NCBI GenBank assembly: GCA_965240325.2
Contig: OZ251223.1
Coordinates: forward strand, 4,030,001-4,094,000
DNA: 64,000 nucleotides
DNA from: Rebecca billardiae RCC1528
Lineage: Eukaryota > Protista > Haptophyta
Direction of reading: 5' to 3'
Shown: one piece after another, positions 13,825 through 23,457 of the stretch
Layout: each line of letters begins with the position of its first letter
Numbering within the stretch: the first letter of the stretch is position 1
Notes under the pieces: model-generated
The model's input: only the letters and a program-made list of their open reading frames with translations
Told to the model about the DNA's origin: nothing
Databases searched by the model: none
Translations under genes and position numbers: made by a program

Positions 13825-14452
13825 GCCGGCCAGACGGACGGCGGGGGGCGGGCGGCACACGGAGTCACGGACGGGTCCTAAATTCCTGGGCGGGTCCCGG
13901 TCGGCACCGAGCGGTTTGTCACTCCACAGTTGAGCTGTGTAAGACTGTGAGTCTCTTCTTAGTTAACTGTACAATAGTCCATCCGGTACCTCTGCCGAGT
14001 CTGCCGCTCTGCGGCTCCGCTGGCTGGGCAACCCTGCCACTGTGTGACTGTGGCCGTGGGACGGGAGGGCTTCCAAGCCCGCCAGCCAAGCTTCCGTCAG
14101 AGTCCGTAGGCTCGTCACTCATCACTCTGCTAGGAATACTGTAAGTGTCTGCCTGCAGTCCGTCAAGACAGCATCCGTCAAGGCATCATCAAGGGACGAA
14201 GGGTTTTAAAGTCGCCAGCGGGTGACCTCCTCGACGACTCGACTCGACGCAGCCCGCACGGCACGGACTGCCGACCGCACCCGCCGCCAGGGACCATTGG
14301 TAGTGCGGGTGCATCCAGGACACTGTCGTAGCCCCGGCATCCCGAGGCATCCTCGTGGAGAGTCAGGTCCGCCGACGTCCGCGATGATAGCGGACTGTCA
14401 CGTGTGGAAGCGCACGCCGTCGGCTCGGCGGTCAGAGCGCGGACGGCAGACG

Positions 14453-14968
14453 TCAGTATCGGCGGTGAAGTGTGACGCCGTCTTTGGTGATGGTGGACTT
14501 GCGCGCGAAGGATTGCTGCCCACCAGGGCCGCGATTCATGCCGGGGAAGATGGTCGTGAGGCCAAGGGGCATGATGTTCTGCTGCGGCTTAAAGATGGAC
14601 ATGGCCTGCGCATCTGTTTGCGCAGCGCGGTGCGCGCCGTCGGCCGGGACTGGCACTCGCAGCCCCTCGCGCTCATCGCCGTCTCGTGCCTCGGCCTCGG
14701 CCTGTGCGCCGTCCGAGTCGTGCGCCGCGTGCGCGTCGCCAGCCATGTCCTGGCCCTCGCCGGCTCGCATCAGCGCCTCCTGCCTGGCGGCCCACATCTC
14801 CTCGTCCGAGGCGTCAGGAGGCAGAGCGCCCGGGCCCAGCGCTGGCCTCTCTGCAGCCTGCACGGGCAGGCTGGGCACGTGCAGGTGCTGCGAGCCGGGC
14901 TGCTGCCGCTGCTGCTGCATGTTGACGTAGCCCCATGGACGGTCCATGTCCTCCGGCGTGAGGTGCAT
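14453..14968 (-). CDS. Hypothetical protein (~171 aa)
   Basis: ORF with protein-like composition (MHLTPEDMDRPWGY...FKPQQNIMPLGLTTIFPGMNRG), divergent from the UBZ gene. No family recognised and the start is uncertain. Confidence 0.45.
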   Translation of the reverse strand: MHLTPEDMDRPWGYVNMQQQRQQPGSQHLHVPSLPVQAAERPALGPGALPPDASDEEMWAARQEALMRAGEGQDMAGDAHAAHDSDGAQAEAEARDGDEREGLRVPVPADGAHRAAQTDAQAMSIFKPQQNIMPLGLTTIFPGMNRGPGGQQSFARKSTITKDGVTLHRRY

Positions 14969-15542
14969 CCCACCGCGCGCAGACTCGCCCGGCGGCGCCG
15001 CTGTGGAGGACGCGGACGCAGGGTGCGCGGCACGTGTCAAAAGTGCGGCGGGCGGGCTGGGCGTGGGCGCGGCGGATGCGCGCGCGTACGTCTGCCCCTG
15101 GGTGGCTCTGGCGGCCCACCGTAGATGAGATCTTTCGCCGATTCGCGCCCAGGTAACGAGTTGTTGCTCTTCACAATCCTGTAGTCCGGCCGATCGTACG
15201 ACAGCCGTGGAATGGCACGCGGCGGCGGGTCGCCAAGGTTCAGCCCGCTGGACTTCCCCGCCGTTCGAGAAAAGTCGACGGGCGCCGGGGGCGGACGCGG
15301 GGGTCCGTAGATTGCGAGGGATGGCGGTCCACCCGGCAGCGGCGCGTGCGCGCCGAAGGCGAGAGGGTTGTCCCGCGAGGTGGAGAGGGCACTCCCGGCG
15401 GGCAGGCCGTTTGGGCCGCCTGTCGTGGCCCACGCCATCGTTGCTCAGGGTCGAAGACAGGTGCGCGCGTGGTGAAACCGCCCACTTCGACCCTCCTGCC
15501 CTCCACAGCGTCCGGGCAAGCCGGCAAGCTGGTCGAGCGACG

Positions 15543-17333
15543 ATGGCGGAGCCCGCCGAGGGCTCGCCCGGCGAGTCGCTTGGAAGCCACTGCGCTCGGA
15601 AGCCGCTGCGCTCGCTCGCATTGCGGCGCGAGAAGCGCAAGCTCTCGTGGGGTCCAGTCTTGCAGGCGATCCCACACAATGACGCGCACCGGGGCGAGGC
15701 CGACTCCGTCGAGCTCAGCGGTGCGACGCCATCCCAACCGCACGCTGAGGCGCACGGCGCGGCCGAGCCGGTGGCTGCGGCCGCGAAGGGCAGCCTCGAG
15801 GACGACGATCGACTACGCGAGCTTGCGAATGATGCGCCGCGCGAGAGCGTATCCGCGCCTTACGCCGGGTCACACGCGCTTGCGGCAGCAGCGGCGCTCA
15901 GCCCGCAGCGCGTGGAGGCTGCGGCCGCAGCCGCAGCCCGCAGCCCGGCTGCCCTCCCGGCCGAGAGCCAGCCGGCCAGCTGCCCCATCTGTGACGCAGA
16001 CCTGAGCGCGCTCGACACGCAGGCGCGGCTGGCGCACGCGAACACGTGCGCTGACGCGTGCGCCTCCCCCCGCTCGGCCGAGCGGGGCTGGCGCTGCCCG
16101 GTGTGCGCCGAGCCTCTCGGCCCACTCAGCGCGGCCGAGCGCAACACGCACGTCCTCGCGTGCGTGGGCGCGGACGGCGCGGAGGCGGCGCGGGAGGACG
16201 AGGACGCTGACTTTGCGCGCGAGGCCGCGAGGCCGGCCCGCGCGCACGCCGAGCAGTACCGCTGCGAGCTCTGCGGGCGCGACCTGACGCTCCTCCCGGC
16301 CTCACGGCGCAACGCCCATGTGAACGGATGCCTTGAGAGGGCTGAGGCGCGCGGCCGGCGTGGCGGCGGCGCGGCGGGCCGCGGGCGCGGGCGCGGGCGT
16401 GAACGCGACGCGGGGCTCTCCCGGGCCGCGCCGGTGCGCGACCAGCCGGCGCTCCTGGCGCTGGCCACCGGCACCGACGGCCGCCCGCTCCCGCTGCCGA
16501 GCGCGCACGTGTGCGTGCTGTGCGGCAGCACCGTCTCACTCCCGCAGGGCGGCGGGCGCAAGCAGCTGCGGCTGCACTACCGTGTGTGCGCCAAGGCGCT
16601 CGAGCTGACGGACGAGCGCGTGCGCGACATCTGCGTGCGCGCGCGGCCGCAGCGTGCGCGCGGAGGCTCGCACGACGCGCCCTGCCGAGCGCCGGTCGCG
16701 CGGGTGGCCCTCGCTGCCGAGCGGCTGGCCGCCCGTGCGGCGTGCGCGCCAGCGCAGGTGGATGCGAGGGCGCCGCCCGGCCGGTGGCCTCGGCTGTGGC
16801 GCGCGGCGAGCGCGGCGGTGGCGACAGATGACGACGACGCCGTGCCCGCTGGGCTCTGCCTACCGCGCACAGTGGATCCCGACAGCCTCGCTGCCACGCC
16901 CCCTGCCACGGCAGCGCCCGTACCCGAGGCCCTGTCCCCACGCCTGTGCGCCGACACCGCCGATGCGGCGCCGACCGAGCCATCGGGGCGAGCACCCTTC
17001 ACCGACTCGTGCGCCAGGCGATGGGCCGCTGCGACTGAAGGCGACGTGGACGGCGAGGACGAGATCGCTCGCCCAGCGGACGGCTCGCCGGAAGGTTCCC
17101 GCGTGCAGCGCCTGCGAGCGCACGGCCAGCTGTCGGATCTCACTCAGAATCTCAGCGGCAGCGACTCCGCTTCCGAGTCCGATGATTGGTGGCAGCGCCG
17201 AGCGCGACTGGACGACGGGGAAGGCTGTGCAGCAGCAGCGCCGGCGGACGAGATGTGTGCTGACGACGACTCGTCAGACGACGATGCCCTCGACACTCTG
17301 TTGCGAATGATGACGCAGGATTGCAGTCACTGA
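15543..17333 (+). CDS. Protein with four UBZ4-like C2HC zinc fingers (resembles SLX4/SNM1A N-terminus); probable intron 16635-16757
   Basis: CPICDADL...HANTC, CPVCAEPL...HVLAC, CELCGRDL...RRNAHVNGCLE and CVLCG...HYRVCAK. Confidence 0.7.
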   Translation: MAEPAEGSPGESLGSHCARKPLRSLALRREKRKLSWGPVLQAIPHNDAHRGEADSVELSGATPSQPHAEAHGAAEPVAAAAKGSLEDDDRLRELANDAPRESVSAPYAGSHALAAAAALSPQRVEAAAAAAARSPAALPAESQPASCPICDADLSALDTQARLAHANTCADACASPRSAERGWRCPVCAEPLGPLSAAERNTHVLACVGADGAEAAREDEDADFAREAARPARAHAEQYRCELCGRDLTLLPASRRNAHVNGCLERAEARGRRGGGAAGRGRGRGRERDAGLSRAAPVRDQPALLALATGTDGRPLPLPSAHVCVLCGSTVSLPQGGGRKQLRLHYRVCAKALELTDERVRDICVRARPQRARGGSHDAPCRAPVARVALAAERLAARAACAPAQVDARAPPGRWPRLWRAASAAVATDDDDAVPAGLCLPRTVDPDSLAATPPATAAPVPEALSPRLCADTADAAPTEPSGRAPFTDSCARRWAAATEGDVDGEDEIARPADGSPEGSRVQRLRAHGQLSDLTQNLSGSDSASESDDWWQRRARLDDGEGCAAAAPADEMCADDDSSDDDALDTLLRMMTQDCSH

Positions 17334-18999
17334 TGTCCGGTGAGCGGTCCGGTGAATGGTGATGTCTGATGACTCCTAGTCCTGCCCCTGGATGCGGCGG
17401 ACACAGTCAGTACCGTGTCAGTAGTCACAGACCTGCTCAGCAATCAGCATCTCATAGATGATAGACTACTCTCCCGGAACTTGTCAGTTGTCTACCGCTT
17501 AAACTTAATAAAGTCATCCGCGTAGATATTTACTTGACAGCAAAATTAAACTCAGGAGAGTACTGAGAGTGAGAGTGAGACGCGCCTGACTGTATAAATT
17601 GAACTTCTGAATAACATCAATTAATTGCTGACGAAAAACAGTACGTTAGTAACCCGCCTACTAATAGTTTTACAATAATATAATAAAACTACGACACCGC
17701 ATCACTGGCATTAGCTACATCACCGTTAGTTATGAAATTAAATACGACGTGTCATAATTATTATACTACTTAGGATTTACTAACAGTCACTACTTAAGCT
17801 GACAGTACCGTGCTGCAGCAGCGTAGCCGATTCAGAGCCCGAGTCGGGCTGAGACTCAGATGGGGTGTAACTTGCCTGAGGCCAGTGCCGCAGTCAGTGC
17901 GGACAGCGCGGACTCCACCGGCACCGCCGGCGCCAGTCTGAGTGAGAGTCTGAGTCGGCGGCGGCGGGCCCCCCTGCGGGCCCGGCCCCGGCGCGGCCGC
18001 CACGCCCACCCGCCGCACCGCGCCGACCGCGCCGCGCCCGCGGCCAGCGCGGACTCTCCGCGCTGAGCCTGACTGAGTCCGCGACCCGTCCCCGGCCCGG
18101 GATCCGGGAATATCCGAATATCGACCATTTTATGCCATTTAAATGATTTATCGACCGTTAGGAATTATTAACTCAATTATTATAGGAGCCGAGTGAGCCC
18201 CGTGTCCGCGCCCGCGGTGACGGTGTGCCCTGCCCCTGGCAATTGTCACATCGTCGGAGCCTCAGCAGAGCAGCCCCTCTCTAGGCTCTAGCTGTGTATC
18301 ATCATTTAAGAAGCTGTGCAGACACTGCTGTCACGACTTGTCAGCTCGGCCGCGAAGAGATCAAGACAACTCAGAAGACAATCTGAGTCGTGCTCACAGA
18401 CAGAGTGTAATACCGCGATTGGCCGACGGTCACGCCTCACGGAGTCGGACACGGTCCAGTGGCGCCGTCGGATCGGCCGCCACGGATATCACATCACGTC
18501 GGCAGCACTCCTGCTCCCAGCTCCGAGGCGGGCCGCCGATTCCGGAAACCCTCGGCACAGACAGATGCCCTGCCCACTCGCATTGCCGCCATTGGCAGTC
18601 GCGCCCACCCGGGCCGCTGCACTGCAGAGTGCAGAGTCCGGAAGAGCAGGCTCACTGCTCAGTGCAGCGGCCGCGCGTACAGGCAAGAAGCGGTACACGC
18701 CGGCGGTTGCCGCATCGCGCAGCTGTCACGGGCACGTCTCCGGTCCCATGCCACTGACAGGCAGCTCAGGATCATGCCCTGCACCGCTGCTGGCGGCCCG
18801 GCCGAACAGCCATGCCCCGAGGACCGCACTGCGATCAATGCCGTGACCTGTATTGAAAAGTATTTGTGACAGGCTCGAGACGAGCAAGATGCCGTTGGGG
18901 ATGCTGCGCAGTGGCGGGTTGGGAATGCACGTGGCGCGCGAGGGCAGCGTCCTGGCGGTGTACGCCGCCCCTGCCAGCAGAGAGCGATCCGCGCGCATC

Positions 19000-19161
19000 T
19001 TACTGCTGCTCCTCCTTGGCGAACGGATCGGGCAGCTCCTCACGAACGAGGAAGAACGTGATAATGCCCGCGCCGACGGTCCACCGCGCAACCGCAGCGG
19101 CCACCGACCCGTTCGAGTGCCCCGGCATGATCGGCCGCATCTTGTTCAGGAGGTTGAACAT
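19000..19161 (-). CDS. Small single-TM protein (53 aa), possibly cytochrome bc1 subunit QCR10/UCRY-like
   Basis: Manual translation MFNLLNKMRPIMPGHSNGSVAAAVARWTVGAGIITFFLVREELPDPFAKEEQQ*. It has GC3-rich codons, A at -3, and lies head-to-head with eIF1. Below the ORF-track length cut-off. Confidence 0.6.
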   Translation of the reverse strand: MFNLLNKMRPIMPGHSNGSVAAAVARWTVGAGIITFFLVREELPDPFAKEEQQ

Positions 19162-19503
19162 GCTCGACCACGGGGGAGCAGCTGGCAGCCCGAGGAGCGC
19201 GTCGGGATGGGCACCTTACTGAGCGGCCCGAATGAGGAACCCCCGGACTCGAACTGCTGAGTGAACAAGACAGTGAGTGCTTCAACAACCGGACCTGTGT
19301 GGACAATCATCATATATGATTTGCTATTGACTTTTACCCATCACTTATACGTGTCAGCAACATCTTGATAGCAGCTCGTGGGCTTGATCATATGGGGTGG
19401 TTACCCGGCTTCGCAGCGCAGCGCTGTCAAGCAGCAGACGTGCTCGCCTCCCCCCCCAAAGCCAAGTCCAGGTCGCCCGCCGCGGTTCTCTTCTTGCGTG
19501 TGC

Positions 19504-20062
19504 ATGAACATCGAGAACCTCGCGAACGCCGGCGGCTTCGGTGCGTCCGCCTGCATCGAGCTCACCCGATCAGCCCTCTCCCGCGCCCACCCTCCCCCGT
19601 GCTGCGTGCCTCATGCTCATGCGCGCGCCCGTGCCCTGAAATCGGCGCGCCTGCCCCTAACTGCAGATCCCTTTGAGAATGCCCACGACGAGGGCGACCA
19701 AACCAGCGACATTCACATCCGCGTGCAGCAGCGCAACGGCCGCAAGTGCATCACCACGGTCCAGGGCCTCGACGCGGCCCTTGATCTGAAGAAGGTTCTC
19801 AAGGTGATCAAGAAGGTGAACCACGCAGCGCCTCCATTAGCTGGCGCTGGCGCCGTGCTCGCGGGCACGCGCGCGTATGGGTGTGCTCACGCTGCGTCCG
19901 ACCGCGCGCGCGCAGGAGTACTGCTGCAATGGCAACATTCAGGAGGACGAGCAGATGGGGCAGGTGCTGCAGTTTCAGGGAGACCAGCGCCAGAACATTG
20001 GCAAGTTCCTCATCGAGAACCAGCTTGCGCCCAAGGAGAAGATTAAGACGCATGGCTTCTGA
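19504..20062 (+). CDS. SUI1: Translation initiation factor eIF1/SUI1; introns 19541-19666, 19816-19915
   Basis: MNIENL...FDPF...IHIRVQQRNGRKCITTVQGL...KK|EYCCNG...QFQGDQR...IKTHGF. Confidence 0.97.
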
Positions 20063-21446
20063 GTCGCTGCTGCCCGGAACGGCTGGCTGGGCGACTGGGC
20101 AGGTGTTGCGTGGGAGCGCGGAGCAGGGCTCCGGCGGGCGTGGCATCCGGCTGCGCTCGCGCGCGCCCTGCCTCCGCTGTGCTGCAGCGAGCTGGGCGCC
20201 AGCCGCTACGGCGCGGGCCGAGACTGGCCCTGTTCCCAGGGCGTTCGGGCGATCCTGGCCCGCTGCAGGCACCATGGCCGGTGGGCGCAGATATCTCGGC
20301 TGGAGAGTAAGCAGATCCTCCAGACGGGGATGCCGTGACCGTAGCGAGCGTCGCGCCGCATCGAGCTTGGCCGTGTGCGTCGACCTAGAGCCTGTGTGGC
20401 TCCGCGGCCGCGGGTCGAGTCAGACGACGAGGTCAAGTCCCGCAAGGCCAAGGGCAAGTTGCGAGGCGGCATCCGGCGCATCCGCATGAGTCAGCTGTCA
20501 TCACTGTCAGAGTGGCGGATCCTATAACCTACTGGCTGGCGACCCGAGGCCGCCGGGGAGGCCGCGTGGTGCCGTGCTCGGTGCTGCCCGACTCTCCGAG
20601 ACCGACTCCGAGGCTCTCCGCCAGACGGACTGTGTGATGCCAGTGTCTCATCCGACTCATGTCTGACGGCGTCCGGCGGCCCGCCGCGGGGCCGGGCGCG
20701 GGCGCGGCCCGCTCAGGCCGCTGGCGCCGGCGGGCGCGATCCTCGGGATAGTGACTGCTAGTGTGACGGTATCGTGGCCTGCGCCGTACGGTCCCGTACT
20801 CCGGGCCCGGGCCCGGAACTCGGAACGGACGCGGGAACTGTCACTCCGCACTCGGCACCGTGTCAGTACGACTGTCACTCAGTTGATGACTGGCAGTACT
20901 CTTTCGTAAATACTGTCTACTACAATAATCGTACAATAAGTTCACTCGAGACTATGACGATGATCAAGTGACGCCGCGGGCCGCACGCCCCCCGGGCCCG
21001 GGCCCCGCGGCCCACCGCCTCGGCCACGGCACGTACGGCGCGGACCGGCCGGCCACGGCACGGGCACGCGGGCACCGGGCCCACGGCCGCACGGCCACGA
21101 GCACGCCGCGTGCACGGCCACGGTGGACATCTAACGGTGACGGAGCCGCCCCTGTAGTCGTACACCGTACACAGAGACGCGGTCCGGCGGACTGTAGATA
21201 GAGAGAGACAATGAGAGTATAGACCGGTCAGTGGCGGCAGTGCGCGGCCACTCAGCATCACTCTGCTCCGTCAGTCTGAGTTTACTAATTACTAACGGGC
21301 TAAGCGGTAAGCCGCACTACGATTCGTTATTTATATCGTTTTCGTTACATCGACGGTAGTTACACCGTCGGCGAGTGACTGTAACGGTTCTAAGAGTTGA
21401 TATACGCTAATCCGCGGACGATAGCAGTCCTAATTCGGACGTCACT

Positions 21447-22535
21447 CTACCAGGTCAGCATGCCGCCAGGCGGAAAGACAGCCTCCAGAAGCGCCACGAG
21501 CTCGGCGCCATCGACCTCGGGGATGGCGTTGGTCTGCTTCTTTGATCCATGGTCGTAGGTGCCAAACTCCTTGATGAAGTCCACGTGCGCGACGCTCACA
21601 GGGTCAGACGCGAGATGTGCGCGGAAGGCATCCCGCTCTGCAGGTGAGACGTACTTCCACGGCGTGCTCGTGGACGGCTGGGGGATCTGCGTGCGCGGGC
21701 TGATCTCGTGGAGCGAGTGGTAGCGCACAAGCGACCACACTCGCGGCGGCAGCTGCGCGCCTGCGCGCCGTAGCTTGAGGTAGCCATACTCATCGTGATT
21801 CCACTGCGCGCGGAGCTGCATGAGCCTCTCGGCCCAGCCGGCTGGCACATTCCCCGGTCGCGGGTGCTCGTACGCGCCGGGGATCACACGGTTCATCCCG
21901 TCGACGTTGTGGTCCTCCTCGCCTGCGAGCGACAGCAGCTTGCCAAAGTCGTGCACGAGCGCAGACACGAGCAGGTCCTTCTTGAAGCCGGCGTCGAACA
22001 TCGGCTCGGGGTAGTGCGCGGCACGCACGGCGTTGTACACCTGCAGGCAGTGCACAAGCTGCGACGAGTAGAAGAGGCGCGAGTCCGTGTGGTCTACCGT
22101 GAAGTGCAGCAGCTGGAGCAGCTCGAGGGCGTGCAGCGCGCCAAACTGAGTGCGGTTTGCGTGCCTGGCACTCAGCCGGTCGTGGTCGTCAAGAGTCTGC
22201 GCATTGTGGCGCACGTGCACCTCGCGGCCGTGTGGACGGAAGGCCTTGCGCGGCATGCGCTTCCCTCGCACGCTCAGGTGCACACCGTTGTCCAGGCGCA
22301 CCTGCGGCCCCACGAGTATCTGACGGATGGTCTGCCCGCTGGGACGTGGCGGTAGTCGGCTGCCCCACTCGGTGACGTTGCCGAGGCGCGCTTGGATCTC
22401 GGGTACGCTGAGCATCTTGTCGTTGGACGCGTGCATGACATTGCGTTGTGCGTCGTAGCTGCGCACGCCGATGCCGCACATCGCGGCGATGAGCAGCCAC
22501 CGACGAAGCAGGTGGCGAGGTTGTGCGGCCTCCAT
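21447..22535 (-). CDS. Myo-inositol oxygenase-like HD-domain diiron enzyme with N-terminal hydrophobic leader
   Basis: VDHTD, SQLVHCLQ, LVHDFGK, WNHDEY, RYHS and YDHGSK align with MIOX motifs VDESD, H-x-x-Q, HDLGK, WGHDEY, RYHS and YDLYSK. Confidence 0.75.
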   Translation of the reverse strand: MEAAQPRHLLRRWLLIAAMCGIGVRSYDAQRNVMHASNDKMLSVPEIQARLGNVTEWGSRLPPRPSGQTIRQILVGPQVRLDNGVHLSVRGKRMPRKAFRPHGREVHVRHNAQTLDDHDRLSARHANRTQFGALHALELLQLLHFTVDHTDSRLFYSSQLVHCLQVYNAVRAAHYPEPMFDAGFKKDLLVSALVHDFGKLLSLAGEEDHNVDGMNRVIPGAYEHPRPGNVPAGWAERLMQLRAQWNHDEYGYLKLRRAGAQLPPRVWSLVRYHSLHEISPRTQIPQPSTSTPWKYVSPAERDAFRAHLASDPVSVAHVDFIKEFGTYDHGSKKQTNAIPEVDGAELVALLEAVFPPGGMLTW

Positions 22536-22572
22536 GATGGGCGCCTTCAGTAGAGAAATGAGTGCTCAGGTA

Positions 22573-23098
22573 TGGGGGGGGCTGGGTTAGTTTTGGGGTG
22601 CCCTCAACTGCCAAAACCACCCCTCGCGGAGAGGCTTGGACGGACGCAAGATGGGCACCCCTTGCCCTCGCCGTCGAGGACAAGCCGGAGGACGCCCGTG
22701 TCGGTAAGGCACCCGCTGGGGCCGGGTCGCCGCGGCCGCACATGCTCGCGCCAGGCGCGTTTGAAAATGACCCCAAACGACCCCACCCCAAAACTAACCC
22801 GGGAGGCGCGTGCGCACGCGCGGCGCGAGCTCGTGGGCAGCATTGCTGGCGAAGCGAGCCGCCTTCTCGTGCTGCCCAGGCTGGGGATCCCCCCGCAATC
22901 ACTCCTGATGAGGCGGAAGCGACGCGCCGAAGCACTCGCGATGCCACCGAGACGGGCAGAGCCGTTGCCCAGCGTCGCCTTGTGGGACATGGCGAGCCGC
23001 TGGAGCGGCCATGCTCTCCCAGTTCGCGCGGCCACCCCAGTGCGGCGCCCAGTGGCACCCCAAAACTAACCCCACCCCAAAACTAACCCAGCCCCCCA
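22573..23098. mobile_element. MITE-like non-autonomous DNA transposon with TA target-site duplication
   Basis: Left end TA|TGGGGGGGGCTGGGTTAGTTTTGGGGTG, right end CACCCCAAAACTAACCCAGCCCCCCA|TA. Extra internal copies of CACCCCAAAACTAACCC at ~22785 and ~23057. Confidence 0.8.
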
Positions 23099-23457
23099 TA
23101 GTGCGCAACCTGCTGACAGTGGGCAGGTGCTGTGAGGGGGCGCTGTACCACCACGATGGTAGGCAGGGATGGAAATAATCCACCCGGGCCCTGGCGCTGT
23201 AGGATTGTAGCTATATTGAACATTGAACATGCTAATGAACATGATGATGCATCAGCACTACTTTACCGCCCTTGACTTTACCTTATTACGAACTGACTGT
23301 ACACTGTACACCGCCCTTGACTGTACCGCCCGTACTGTACCTACTGTTGCTGTCCTCGTGTCCTCCGACGACCTCAGCCCCGGACTCCCGGTGTCGGTGA
23401 GGTCGGAGCGTGACCGCATGGCTCAGGCTCGTCGATGACGTCCGACGACTGCTCATC

